DNA of 64,000 nucleotides from contig CM068754.1 in the NCBI GenBank assembly GCA_035084275.1, forward strand, positions 13,640,001 to 13,704,000, read 5' to 3'. Source of the stretch: Hydrolagus colliei. Lineage: Eukaryota. The notes below the pieces were generated by a model. It was not told the origin of the DNA. It ran no database searches and saw only the letters and a list, made by a program, of their open reading frames with translations. The translations under genes and the position numbers were made by a program. Position 1 is the first letter of the stretch. Each line of letters opens with the position of its first letter. Positions 38,560 to 52,321 of this stretch are shown piece by piece.

Positions 38560-38800
38560 ACAGCAGAAAGGATTCTCACCAGGATGTACATCACGTTGGA
38601 AAAACAGATGGCAAACTGACCACACAATATTAGAAAGCTTTCTGCAATGAACTTGTGTCCCGACAACTGTCTTGCCCCTGACAGATTGCACTGAGTTCCC
38701 ACACCGACTTGCTGTGTGACTGTGGTAGGGAAGATGAAGAGACAGCACCTGAGCACTACAGCTACAGCTGTTCAATACTTGTGTTGGCCAGTAGAGATTG
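38560..38800 (+). mobile_element. Ancient non-LTR retrotransposon ORF2 C-terminus (CCHC knuckle; I/Nimb/RTEX-like)
   Basis: Frameshifted translation gives RWKNRWQT...LH*VPTPTC / CDCGREDEETAPEHYSYSC, matching the W..RW and C-x-CG...ET..H....C pattern. Confidence 0.45.
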
Positions 38801-38864
38801 CCGTCAAATAATATTGCCTTCCACAACTCCAGTTATCTTTTGTTTCTCGTGTACTAGAGTAAGT

Positions 38865-38970
38865 AATCATTGCATTTGATATAGTGACTTATTCGGTCTT
38901 CAGAACATCACAAAGCCCTTCACAGAATATACTGTAAAGCGAATAGACTGTGTATTCTGTGAGCGAAATG
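38865..38970 (-). mobile_element. SINE 3' fragment
   Basis: ttgcatttgatatagtg...cttcacagaatatactgtaaagcgaatagactgtgt. Confidence 0.85.
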
Positions 38971-39718
38971 TACTTCTACATACAAGAGCAAAATAATTAT
39001 TCCCAACATTTATTACCGTTGATAAGTTGCTCACATGTTTCTTCAACAAGGGCATTCACGTAAAAGCAAAACAAATAAAGTGCAGTAACCGGACGCCTGG
39101 ACAAACTGATCAATTATTAGTTTAAGAGATTAAGCATGTGATTTATTGTTTTGCTTGACAATGCTTGTGCAATCAAAAATTGCCTTTGATATCCCACGCA
39201 TTGAGAATAAGCTAGTTCAATTAACAAATAAATGTGATTTGCAACATTGCCGCTACTGGACAATGAACCAAGAAATAAAAATCCTCTTTCTACAATGTTT
39301 TGTGACAATAACAGAGGGACATCGGCAGCTAACCCCATCAATTTCCTTTAGGTAAAATGTTAAGCAAATACTCATTACCTTTAGTGCTTTTAGCTGAAGC
39401 ATTAAATAAGTGCTATAAATAGTGTGCTTCTTGGCTATAACCAATGACTTTCATGACTTCGATTTCCACTTGTGACGCTCACTGTAAGTCACAAGAGTGC
39501 CTTTTACCCTCAGGAATTATTCAGATTTTCACTCATGGAATTAGAAAGCATAATAAACTGACAGGTATGAGGCATTGCCTGTGCCTCGTAATTCCATTTC
39601 TGTTCTTGTAGTGTTCTACAATGGGGTGACAGCAATAACCTCTTACTATTTGTCAGTGTAAGTTCAACTGTTATCCATCTATTTTATTATTTTATTCAGA
39701 CTGCAGCACAATTAGTTA

Positions 39719-39738
39719 TGTGTGTGTGTGTGTGTGTG
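39719..39738 (+). repeat. (TG)n microsatellite
   Basis: About 10 TG units. Confidence 0.9.
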
Positions 39739-42664
39739 TATGGGGGGGTGGGAACCCATATGGATTAAAACACAAGCCCTGAATTACTTTTAAGTGGATT
39801 ACATTTATTTTTTAATCCAGAAGAATGAAGATTTAACTATTTCTCAGTAAATTGAGCATGAACTTTACATTACTATAAGTACTACCATGCATTTAGTACT
39901 GTGTTGTGAAACCTGTCTATATTTCAATGGAAATCCCTGTTTATTGGAGTGCAGGAATCCACCTGTAATCATCACAAACAACAGAAACTGTTTTCAAAAC
40001 TTATCAAAACTGAATTAATTACTGAGACTTCAGAGACCACACAGGTGATGCTGAATTACTCTTTTTAATGAAAGTGGGGGGGAGATACTTTTTGTGTTTT
40101 GAAGACACTTTTAATTCTGTAGTGAATTAGTTTATTACATTTAAGTATGATTGTTCTGTTGATTGACATTAGTTAAACCTTTCATCTGGAAAAGCATCCA
40201 TCTTGCACTGACTTGTTCAGCATACCCTGTAGCAGTACTGCTCTCTCATTGCGTGAAAGGTACCTTTGGGCATTACAGGACATCTTATTGTATATGTCAT
40301 CTAAATTATCACGTATTCAAAAACAATGAATAGGAAGCATAAGTCTATTGCTGAGAAGACTAATATTTAAAGAGCACTCTGATTCCATAAAATATATAAT
40401 ATTGTATTTCCTTATCTTCCAAAATAAAAAAAAGATTTGTCAAATAGTAATCTCTCTTTAACATCAGATATCAAAATGAGACAGAGGAACCTCATTACTT
40501 GCAGGTCTTATTGGCTTTATATAGGGCATTGGAAATTTATTACAGCATTGGTTTACTTTCAGCCTATATTTTCATCATTCCAAATACAATGGGCTTCTGC
40601 AATGGCTAAATCTATATATATTTAATCTTGTGTAGTGCTCCACATTTTTGTATTGGGGGATGGTGGGGGGGGGGGGAAGAATACTTCCTTGAGGGACTTA
40701 CAATTTTAATAAATGACAATAGTTGTGTTATATTCCAGTTTTTGATTCCTGTGCCCTATGGCAGTGCACACCAGCCTTTGAAAGCTTCCAATATGAACTG
40801 CGGGAGGAATGAGACAGGTTATTTGATTGGCAACTCTACCTGAAAGACTTCAAAACATAACTCTTCTTCTGTACCCTGTAATTGTAAATAGAACTTATTG
40901 ATTTTCTTTTGGTCAGCCGGGTATCTGACACGTATGTAAACACATCGTCTTGCTTAACAGTAGCCAAACCAGATTGAATGTTTCCTGCTTACCTAAATTC
41001 AGAGAGTATTAGGCAGGGAGTATTAGGAGAGATTGGCAGGAACAATGGGTTTTGGTAATAAAATATGTGTTGGGGGTGCTGCTGGAATATAAACAGTTGA
41101 AATCTCAAAGTTTGCTGTTGAGAACAGTGACTAACATTCTTCCTGCTGCTCATCCAACTGCAACCAACCTACCCGTTAGGGCTTTAGCTTACAAGGTTAA
41201 AAGGGATATTGATGAAGTGATTAAACAGAACATACACTTACTGAAATAGCACCTAACAACTCTTAAGTGCTTGCTTGCAGTCAAATTGTTCCAAGCTATT
41301 TTAAAGATTGCTTTCCTATATTTCCTCTTAAGTAGTTAGGGGAGGTTTGTGCTTTGCATTAAGCTTCCCTACACTAAAGATTCAAAATACCCCAAAAAAT
41401 CAGGAAACTGTGCGAGGTTGAGTTTTCTTTCAGTCTGGAAATATTTCTTCATTTTCCTTCATTTTAATCCAGTACATCATTTTAGAATATAAATCAAATT
41501 AGTGTAAAGCAAGTTTTTTTTCACATAAATGCTCTTTTTAATTAAGGAGTTGCAGATGTTTGACCTCTACTTGTTTTTTGCAAATAGTATATGTTGTCCT
41601 GTAAGCATCCTACTCAATGAATCCATCACACATATATTTATATATAAATATACATGTAGTTATATATATATGGATAAATGTGATTAGCATTCATCAGGGC
41701 AGTTTTTGAGACAAACCTTGGGATATTTAAGAGTAAGACTAATCTTAATACAATACATTCACTTCCTGTACAAACCCTCTGATCCTGCCTCCAACCTAGT
41801 ATTAAAAACAAAGAAAGCTGTTTGGCATTTCTAATTTGATAGATTTTATGTGACGTAGAGACATAGATACACACAGCTAAAGAAAATGATTGCCTGCTCA
41901 AATCCCTTGATATTGTTTTCATCCAACTTTGTTACATTCAGTTGAGGCAGGTAGAGGAGGACAGAAAATAATAGCAATGAATTTTATTATTTAGCTCCAC
42001 CTTCTAAGGTTGATTCCTGTGAAACCTTTCTTCAAAGCTGCATATTTCATCAAGGGGTTGGGAATGACCATGACTGATTCCTCAACATTATGAGGCTTTC
42101 AATAAGTTTGAATGGTTACAAAAGCTGATTGATGGGTTATAGGAGTGGATTCCCAATTTTGGCTATTTGAACAATAAATTAAAAGAAAGGCAGAAATATC
42201 TGCCAGCAGAGCGCAAGTGAATGCTCCAATACCTAACACAGTTCTGCTACCATATGATAACCAGGACAGACTTCGAACACAACAACTTCAAATAACCATC
42301 GGATGGCCAAATGAGGTGGGGGAAATAAAACAAAACAATTGAAATGCATTATAGGATCTAAGGTTGCTCGGCAACTTTCTCTGCCAAACTTATTTCAAAA
42401 GGCCATGGGTGTGGAAAAACAAACCTGCAGCGATCAGCAACTAGCAGCCATGAGCCAGGGCAAAACCTGGACCATTGTTATAATCTCAGCTGAGAAAAGA
42501 GGGATAAAAGGAGTATCCAGGCAGCGACAGGAATGCGTACAGCCGGGTGATGAGAGAATATATGAGCCAATAGCCATCAGAGTGAGGTTCAGGTAGAGTT
42601 GGCAACAGCTGAATAGAAGAAGGGTAGGGTGTGAGGTAGATTGACATCTTGGCAGTGATGTTAA

Positions 42665-42785
42665 CAATAAATAATTATCCTTGCATTTGATAGAGAGCTT
42701 TTCACATCTTCTAGACTTCTCAAAGCGCTTCACAGAATATACTGTAAAATGAAGTGACTGTGTATTTGTGGGCCAAATGTTAGCA
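42665..42785 (-). mobile_element. SINE 3' fragment
   Basis: atccttgcatttgatagagagcttttcacatcttctagacttctcaaagcgcttcacagaatatactg. Confidence 0.9.
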
Positions 42786-43465
42786 AGAGTTTCTCTAACT
42801 ATCCTCCTTGGGGGTGTGGGGGAGTGTGGTTTCCTTGGAGTTCAATCCACAGAAAGTTTTTCCTGCAAAGTCATTTTATATCTGTCAGAGTCTTATGTTT
42901 GCTTTTCTTCCCCCACCCTCCACCTCCCCCCACCCCTCCCAACCCCTACTCCATTGATGGACAAAACAGTAATTGACATACAAAAGAAAGGGCAGTTAGT
43001 CACTAAGTGTGGCACATTCAACAGATGTGTGATGCTACCCATTCAGATGAATCACTCTCCACATCATTGCAGAACACACTTGTTCCCGGCACATGATTAT
43101 CAGGCTTCATGCCGGCAAATGTTGCTGAAAATACTGCAGAATTTACATTTGGTTATTCCAGCAATCTGCTGATCTCCAGGATAGACTACGGTGGTAACAT
43201 TTGAAGCAGAACCATGGGCTAAATAGTTCTTCTCAAAATAGAAATCCAAATGAGTTGGATACAGCAGGACTCGTTTGGAATTCACTGTAGACCAGACATG
43301 AAGCGTTACTCCCACGTAACAAGCATTCAAGAAGCATATGGAATGAATGTTGCTTATTTATCTGAATTCCTCACGAATAAGGCCTTTTTAGAACTTTCCA
43401 CCCACCAAGAGTTTGGGATCAATGAGATTTAGAGGGGTTTTTTTCACATTGCAGACTGGAGACAC

Positions 43466-44369
43466 ACATCCAGTGGCAGTTGGATAGGTACTGTTTTTTT
43501 TCTCTGCAGAGATGATCAAAGAACCTGGAGAAAACTATTCAAAAGAATTCACTTGTAATAGGTATATACAGCTATAAGCTGCTAGCTCACATATTCTCTC
43601 ATTACCACACTGCATACATTCTTAACACTGCCTGGCTACTCTCTTTATTCTCTTCTCTCAGCTATGCTTAGGACAAAAACCCAGGGTTTGCCACAGTTTG
43701 TTAAGATGCTTGTGTGCTGCCTGACATTTCCCTCTCGGTTCCTGAAACCCTAAGGTGATCTTATCAGGCAAGGTAGTCTCAGTTTGGCAAGCAACAGGAT
43801 GTTTGCCACTCAGTGTTCTTAATGGTAACCTATGCAGTTTTAGCCAGTTGAACTCCAGATATGCGCAGTCTGGGCCCCAAGCCTTGGCTCTTACCAACCT
43901 GCACCTAGTACTCTCCAGAATTAGATATGGTGCAGCCCTCAAGGGAGAGAGTGTACATTCCATTTTCAAACACAGGGAAATTTCAATGCGTAGGTGGCAT
44001 ACATATGTAGAACTTTGTTTGGGTTGGATATTCTTATGCGTGGTCAGGAGTTTCCACGTGTCAGATCCACAGCTGACCAAAAATAACAATTATTAAAGAT
44101 GGTAAGTGCTATAAAAGCCTGTAATTTTATAGTGGTATCCAAATGTAGCTGTTATAAAGGTAATGGGTTCTAATTCTGTTTAGGAATTCCTTGATGGGAT
44201 TCATTAATAAGGAAACTGACTCACACAAATGGGGATTTCTTCCGGTAACCTGAAGTGCATCAGGCACTGTGAGAAATCCACTCTGACAAGATATCCAGAG
44301 ATCAGTTCCCCAGGTCAATGAGAAAAATTGTTTCATAAGAAATGCCACAAATCAGAACACCAAACATTC
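43466..44369 (-). mobile_element. Degraded RTE-clade LINE fragment between 19-bp direct repeats
   Basis: Minus-strand translations LQVTGRNPHLCESVS...KEFLNRI, LDTTIKLQAF, SCGSDTW, CHLR and LEFNWL...LSGKHPV parallel the RTE motifs YLGS.IS, EI..RI, TKL.VY, YGSETW, FHLR, WLGHV and GKRP. cattgcagactggagacac occurs at 43447-43465 and 44370-44388. Confidence 0.6.
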
Positions 44370-44639
44370 CATTGCAGACTGGAGACACTGTCAAAATCAA
44401 CCAACCAGTCATCATTCAGTCAGTCAACTGAAATGCACACAAAGCCCTTTTGGATCGGGAACTGAAATCCGTTCAATTCCCTCAGTTCCCTCAGAATTAA
44501 GCATCTGTGGTTTTTTTCAACCATTCCTCACTTATTCGTTGTTTGGGGTCAATTGATTAAAAACACATTGACTAAAAGAAAAAAAATCCTTGATGTGGAT
44601 TAGTTTGGATGTGTCAAAACAGACAAACACAAATCTATA

Positions 44640-44658
44640 ACCCAGCAGATGGTGCATA
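44640..44658 (+). promoter_or_regulatory. Candidate CTCF-binding motif
   Basis: ccagcagatggtgc is one mismatch from the CTCF core CCASYAGRKGGCRS. This is a motif match only. Confidence 0.3.
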
Positions 44659-44939
44659 AACCCAGAGGTCAACTATCAAATGTAGTTTCAGATGGCCAGC
44701 ATGTTTCTGTGAGCTGTCAATAGTCAGTGGATGAATGAAAAATGCTGAAGATTCACTTATACCTCAGTGATGCCTTTATGAATGATTAATTACTCTATAA
44801 TACTGTTACGATTTTTAAAAGTCTCCTGCGTCATTCATCATCTCTTACATTTTGACCTGAATGTACAGTGTTCATAATGTACTAATTTTATATCTGGTAT
44901 CTTGTCAATAACATCAGGGTAAGTGCTTTCTAGTAGCTG

Positions 44940-45135
44940 TTGATGGAACTCACTACCCAGTGTGAAGCTGAGCTATAAGGAACAGCAAGGTCACGGGTTG
45001 GATTGCTGGTCTGCACTGAATCATTGATTCCTCCCGGGAAGGAGCAACAGTATTATATTTACTTCTACACTCCTCAGCAAGTGTTTTCATATCTGTTAGT
45101 TATTCAGATATATCTGCCTGTGTGCAAGTCAGTAC
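44940..45135 (+). mobile_element. LF-SINE-like 5' fragment
   Basis: gctgagctataaggaacagcaaggtcacgggttggattgctggtctgcactga resembles the LF-SINE head from memory. Confidence 0.5.
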
Positions 45136-45229
45136 TGTACTAGGTTCTGCATCTCTGAGAGAAAATTGAAGGGGCTACGAGGCATATCTTAATTGTGAGA
45201 TAAATTTAATTCGGACGTTGTATAGTGTA

Positions 45230-45390
45230 ATAATTTTTGCATTTAATATAGCTTTACCAAGACTTCGAGATGCCCTCAAAGCGCTTCACTTTAACGTGAA
45301 TTGATTGTATGTTGTGTGGGCAAATGTGGCAGCCAATTGTGCAGAGCGGTTTCCTACAAACAGGCATGCGTTGATGACCAATTTATTGTG
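45230..45390 (-). mobile_element. SINE 3' fragment
   Basis: ttgcatttaatatagc...caaagcgcttcac...gtggcagccaattgtgcag. Confidence 0.85.
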
Positions 45391-48300
45391 CATGGGTTTG
45401 TCATAAGTATGTGCATGTACATTTTAGATTGTAGATACTGTAGATACATGTGTACATGATAAACGTAGTGTGTTGGCCTGTTCTTTATGATTGAACTCAT
45501 GACTGCACTATGTATAATTTTGAAAGCTGGTAGATATTGCCTTTACAGGATGGTTCAAGTTTGATTGTGGTAGCGTACAATCGAAGTTTTAATGAGTTCA
45601 CTTCGCTTATAGGCTTTGTAATTGTATACTACGATAGCTTTGAAACGGACCAAAAATTTATTTTGCAACCCATGCATTCTGTGCAATAGTCATTCAGGCT
45701 ACTTGAACAATCAGTGTAGTGCAATTATGAGCAATTATTATCCGAGTGTCAATGTGCAATTTAATACTTTTCATGTTATAAGGACTGCGTGGGTACTTTA
45801 ATCCAACAAAATGTTCGATACAAACCTGAAAACAGAACACCTTAATATCAAAAATGAATCACTTAACCTTCAATAATGAGTTAGACTTTATTTGGGCTGA
45901 CAATGACTGAAGCAAAATTGCATTTGAAACATCACTGAGGTCTAGGCTAAATGTTAAGGACCACAAGCATTACGGTTTTGGCATTTTATTACAAAACAAA
46001 TGACTCAAAATAAAGACCTAAAAACCCATCTGACTAAACCAAGTGGATGGCAAAACAGAGAGAATAAAATTGAGAGGTTGAAAATGTACAAAGAACAAAT
46101 ATGATTTAATGTGCTAAGCAGTGGTAATAAACTGAATAGGCAACAAAAAAGGAAGGACTGGGGAAAACTAGAGCAAATACTGTAATGTGATTGTGCTGAC
46201 CAACGTATAATTTATTTCAGCTTAAAGCAATGTGGCCACAATGTAAGTTTTCCCTCTTACAAGACTAAAACTGAATAAGGTACAGAATAGTGATAGGATC
46301 AGGAGTGATATTATGGTATCAGTTGCTGGTGGACATTGTATTGAGCACCTGAATAACTTATTTTTATTAACGTAACACATTTTAAAACTCAAAAGCAAGT
46401 GGTTGGGAAAAAAGTAGACTTCTAAATTATTTTTAGAAAAGAGCAGACTGATTATTTTTGAGCATGTTTTACACTACGGGATGAGAGTTGTACTATCCAA
46501 ACTAGATATGTGACAGTTCTGTAATATCCTTCACATTTGTATATCACCTTTCATGTTCGGGAGGCAACTAAAATAGACTAAGTATTTCCCATCTGATAAG
46601 GAAAGAAGAGAACAGATGTACCCAGTGATTTTGATTTTGGTTATATAAATGCCACAGCACTGACATCATCAAGTTGTAAAATATTGACCATGTAACATTA
46701 TTCTGAAGAAATAAAAGCATTGATGAGTATTGTACAATACAATGCTGTCACTTTTTATTCATCTTGGAGCAATGTGGATGTTTCACTGACAACTCAAGCC
46801 ATATTCACTCACTATCAACAACAATAGCAACAACAACAAAATAATGCATGACATCCAAATCTTACTTTTGCATGCCCTCCAGTAACACTCTCCACATTTG
46901 TCCATAACAGTAAACACATTTCATACATTCCCAACATTTAGATATTGACTTCAATGTCAAATGCTGCTTTGATACCTACCATGCAATAATGTGGATAATA
47001 CATAGCACAAAACAGCCCTCCCTGTCTTTATTTACTTTCTTGAATCTGATGGTAGATCCACTGGAGGTTTAGCAGGCCCAAATTTGCAGGGCAAAGAAAT
47101 GGAAACAACTGAAAAGTACAATTGGTGGATTTGACAGACTTTGCAGGGATCTTGAAGTCAACCTTTGATTGCTAAAATCTGGAAAACATTTCTCTATTTT
47201 ACTGGGAATTAGTTGACCTATTAAATGTTTAACTTGTACCAAAAAGTTTTCAATTGGGCAACCTGTACTATTTAGAAAAGAGCTTTGTTTTATCTCCCTT
47301 GATAACTGTGAGTTGTGTAGTGCAAACATTGTATATTAAGCACCAAATGGTAAAGGTAGATATATACATATCACTGTACAGTGGAACTGGAAGTATTTCT
47401 GAATCACTGAAACACTTCTGCTGTGACTGAAATGTTTCGCGCACCTGTGTGTACAGTCACTAAAATCTCATGTTATAAGGTTCAAGCGTTCTTTTGATAT
47501 TGCATTAAATCTGAACTACTCTCAAATCTTAAGCACCATAACAAGTAATCTGTAATGTTTTCAATGTGTTGTTTCAACTCCAAGTGTAACATCATCTGCT
47601 TCTCTGAACTCTGCTCCCAATTGATAGGTTGCCCTCAAATAAACAACACTATACACTGACTAGCCTTTGTACTCCTATAACTTGTTAATGTTGCCCTCCA
47701 TTGATGTTCCATATCTGTAGTTCACACATACCGCCACGAGCATTTGTCTGCTTTGAGTTTATGCTTGTAGTTCACTCAAGTCCATTTTGTTTTGTTTTCT
47801 GTCATGATCGCTGTCCAATAGCTGGATTCCTTTCCTCACCCTGCTCTGCCTTCAATCCAGATCAGAAGGTTTTAACCCGAAATAGACAAATGGTTGGCAT
47901 AACAACATAAATAGGGAATCTACCTCCACCCATTAAAACTGCAACAGAGCTCATCTGCTTTCTAATTGGAAATGAATACAGTAATAGCAATAAATATAGT
48001 GGTCCTTAATCAGAACATAATGTATAATATACTTCATTTATTAATAAGATGAATGAATTTTGTTGTGTGTTTTCATTATAAGGAAGTGACATTATTTTGC
48101 CTGTGGTTGGTTTCAGCAGGCTCGATCATCTGAATGACCTTTTCACCATTCTACATTGTTGAACAGAATTGAAAAATCACACCATTGTGGAATAGTTTTG
48201 TATATACTTACTGGAATTTGCTTCGGCAAAGTATTACCTGATCAGAACACACTTATCTTCATTGTCTGAAGGATAATTTTCATTGGAATTACTTAAATAT

Positions 48301-48770
48301 ACATAATTAAATCGTTCAGAGGTCTTACAGAGTGCCGCTTGTTGTATTTTGTATTTGTTTGGTCTGAATTTTTATAACTACTGTATTATTCACATCATGC
48401 ACTGAACATTTCCTGAAGCCACAAATTACTATTAGACTTAATTTGAACTCTCCACCATAGTTATTCTTCTTTGTATAGACAATAATACCAATGTTCTGCA
48501 TATCCTTCCTGATATTCTGATCTGATGCTATATTCTCTTCTGACGCTATGCTTCTCTTTCCCAATATATTTCGTTTGTTGTTGACGTATGTTTTAACTTT
48601 GCTTGACATTCAGTTCTACAGAACAAATTGACTGACCTTTAGAGGTAATGTGTGAGTTGTCCCAACATCAGTCAATCCTCATTGTTTTAAAACGTAGCAT
48701 GGATTCTAAGGCAAACTCATTATTCATTGCCATTTATGTTTAAGGTAAACTTAACCCGAAGGCAAGAATT

Positions 48771-49090
48771 TAACAACAACAACAACAACAAGTTGCATTT
48801 ATATAGTGCCTTTTGTTATTCAAACGAGGGTTTGCAGGCAAGAGGGATGGAGGGCAAAAGGGCTTGAAGGTTGGAAGATAACCAAAGACACAGTCAAGGA
48901 AGGTCTTGCAATGGATCATGAATGAGACAAGGGAGGGGGTGAGAACAAGGGACTCCAGGATGAAGTTCCAGAGGGAGCAGGCAGAAAACCTGAAAACCCA
49001 ACTGCTTATGGTAGGGTGAGCATCGAACAGGTCAGTGCCTGCCAAGGTAATATGGTGGTGATGTCTTTGATAATGTTTGGGTGCTTGCAT
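48771..49090 (-). mobile_element. L2 3' end fragment with (AAC)n tail
   Basis: Antisense translation FRFSACSLWNFILESLVLTPSLVSFMIHCKTFL, plus (aac)n and gttgcatttatatagtgcc. Confidence 0.85.
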
Positions 49091-49167
49091 GGGAAAGAAA
49101 CTGTGGTGAATGGAAGAAGTGAGATATCCTAAAGGGAGTGGAAAAAATTGGGTGGGGGGAGTCCAGT

Positions 49168-49193
49168 GAGAGAGAGAGAGAGAGAGAGAGAGA
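49168..49193 (+). repeat. (GA)n microsatellite
   Basis: About 13 GA units. Confidence 0.95.
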
Positions 49194-49249
49194 AATGAAT
49201 TGAGTCAGTTATTACCTTTCATTTGCAGTTCAATCTGCAAATTCTGACT

Positions 49250-49352
49250 CAACAACAGATGCTACCCTCTACACTGGGGAGCGTCTCAGAGCGTTTAACA
49301 GCCTGATATGGGCGTAAGTGGGGGGATGTGGCCTTAAGCATGGTGGAAGAAG
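49250..49352 (-). mobile_element. L2 3' fragment
   Basis: caacaac...gagcgtctcagagcgtttaacag...ggccttaagcatggtggaagaag. Confidence 0.55.
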
Positions 49353-49780
49353 AATTGTGTGTGTGCAGTGTGTGTATATGTGTGTGTTCTGACATGGATG
49401 TCAATCACTTTCCTGAGAAATATAAGCCAAATTGTTTAAATTACGCTGAGAGTTCGTTTCTGTCATTAAAATTGAAGTCAATCCATATCTTTCATAAACA
49501 AAATGCTTGATTTAACATTCAGAAGCAGTGATGAGAAACATTTCCCACTGAAATAATTTTTTTCTGTCAAAATATTTGACACACTGTAAGCTAATTATAT
49601 ATAACTTTGCCTCTCTGAATGAGGAGAGTTCACTCAATAAATTAAGGTTCACTTTTATTATATTTTATGAAATTACACACCAGAATCTTATTATTTTATC
49701 TCCAGCTGTTTTCCTTGGTTTGCTACCTATTAAATAGGTAAACATATTAAATCTGTATTATAGAAAAGCGTTCAAACTAA

Positions 49781-50050
49781 AATAATAATAATCATAATCC
49801 TTGCATTTGATATAGCCCTTTTCACAGCTGTAGGCTGTAAAATGAATTGACTGTATAATTGTAGATGAAACGTGGCAGCCAATTGCGCACAAACAGTGGT
49901 TCACTGAAATGACCAATTATTACTGTTTCTTTCGAGGGAATATTATCAGGGGTGTGGAGTAAGGAAACTTGCCCAAGATTTTGCCCTGCCTGAAATTGAA
50001 CCCAGGTCATTCGCTTGCGAGGCAAGTGCCAAACCACTGAGCCACAGGGA
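49781..50050 (-). mobile_element. SINE, short variant, with internal deletions
   Basis: Reverse complement reads gtggctcagtggtttggcacttgcctcgcaagcgaatgacctgggttcaatttcaggc through to an (ATT)n tail. Confidence 0.9.
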
Positions 50051-52321
50051 AAAAATTGCAATGCTTTGAAACCATATATTTTTAAATATCGATATTCAGT
50101 AATTACCAAAATATATATTTCATGTTTTTCTTCACAAAATTTTCCTTCGAGCACAACCATGTTCCTCCCAGAAGAGTTTGGTTTGCATGTCTCTCACCTT
50201 CCATAAAATTGCATAACAGCATAATTTATTTTATCACATTGAGGTTTAGCTATAAAATTAATATTGGCAATTCCATGCGCAAGTACATCTAATGCAATTG
50301 AGAGTAAATTAGTATAGGCAATTTTAAAGCTGCAGCATCCCTATGGGTTGGTTTCCATATGCTGTCTGAAAGCACTGTACAAAGCATTGGCCATTTTCAA
50401 ATTGTCTGGTATTGCACATAATATTTCTAAAGTTACAAATGCTCATAAGTATCACTGCTGTAAACATAAAGATGGATTCCAGAAGTGCCGAATTTGTACA
50501 GATCTTGAAGGTGCATTACAAAAATCAATTTGTAATCATGAGAAAGCTTGGGCCCACTTAAAGCCTTCCTACTGCATGTTTCATTGTTCTAAAATCCAAT
50601 TATGAGGTTCATCACAAGAATGGTTTAACCATTTGAATGTCATGATGTTTCCAATATTCCAGGATGCAACATTTGTTTGGTGTAAATCAATCTTGTCTGA
50701 CACATGCAAACAGATTTGGGTCACCTTGAATATAGGCCTTAAAGGTGTTAAGAAAAATGAGTGTGTTGGGATTAGTTAGGAATCACAAAGAATATTAAAT
50801 GATCTACTGTCTATAAATGTCACCAGGTTTAAAGTTCAAATGAAAATATTCAAAATTAAAATACCTTTAGTACTAGGTTATTGTAGGTTACTGTATGATT
50901 TTAATAATTAATATTCTGGATACCAAAGTTCATTTCTGTTTTATAATCAGTGTGGGGGTTTTAAACCGATGAAGTGATGTGTGTATTTTATAATGTTTCT
51001 TACAAGTCTTTCTGAAATTCTGTGAATTTGTGAACAAAAATGAAATCGAAGCCTGGTGAATTTTGCAAAGAAACCCTAGAGAAATAAATCTTGATTAATA
51101 CAGTAATTTTCTGAATGCAGAAATGCCTGTGCCTCCAAGTGGTTTAGGAGAATTGCTATGAATGATTTCCCAAGAAATCATTCTGAAAGGAAGAAAAGTA
51201 TTATTAGAATTAGATGAATTTCAGATTGTTGGAGGTACAGATATGATTCAAAACATTAAGCTGCTAATGTCTCTATCTCTCCCATTGCTGTAAGTTTAAA
51301 TTTTATCTGCAGTGTGGACTTTCCAAGCAGCACTTATTGTGCTTTTAATCAACTTTATTCTTCTTGTCATTTAAAAAAATTTATGTTTAGACATAAACTA
51401 GCGAAACGTGTGCTTCAGCAAACATGCGGAACTGCAGCCCATGTTACTATCGACACAGAAACGCCACTCAATATTAATCTTTACATATTTAATAATTACA
51501 TATTAATTATTTTTAAAAACAGATTCTAACACAATGGATTGCTTATTGGGAACATAAATTGCCATTTCTTCGTGGTATTTTACCATTCAGTAAAGAAGTA
51601 AACTGAGAATTGTTCCTGGATAAATTGTTTAAGAAAGGAAATTCTCCGATTCAGCACCATTGTATTTGGGACAGCTATATCTTACAGTGCCATGGTACTG
51701 TACTCAGTTAAAACCTGAGTTTTGCATGAAGATAATCCACACCTTATATCAGGGCAGTTTCAATATTAATGTGCCTTGCAATAAAGCAGAGAATTCATTA
51801 GTGAATAGACTACACTCTTGTCATGCAGTAGAGGAATTTAATAATATTCTGACAGAAAGGCTTAACTGGATCAGAATGTCACATCAGGTGCAGCAAGTTT
51901 TCAATTTCCTTCGTACATCTCAAACTGTCATGGAAAGACTCATCCTAAATATATTGTGAGAGGGTCATATCAATCTAATTTAAAAGTTGGAAGTAGCCAA
52001 GGACCACCTTGAACCATACCGAGTTCTATTTTTACTCATGACTTCATACAGTAGAGGTGGGCAGTTCTTCAATCTCCACTCATTCAGCTTCATCTGAGGG
52101 TATCAACTTCCACAAGATCCAAACATACAATGTCTCCTGTTCAGATTGTGATGACTGATGTTTGGTAGCTCAGTTAACAATGTTAAGCATCTTTGCCTCT
52201 CCCTCTGGTATTTTGACTTCTGACCCTACTTCACGAGGACAGAATGGCCCTCAGGGAGCTTTTCAACATGTAAAGAATCAGAGACTGAAATCTGTTTCCT
52301 TCTTCTGTTCGGAAGTTAAAA

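Noticed and set aside
43100-43330. Minus ORF with NACYVGVT, resembling the Penelope GIY-YIG motif C..CYVG.T
   Set aside because: Only a short motif matches, the downstream R..EH is missing and there is an upstream stop. Too weak to call.
48325-48616. Minus-strand segment with an acceptor-like and a donor-like site around a 94-aa ORF
   Set aside because: All three frames hit a stop when read from the acceptor, and the peptide is unrecognisable.
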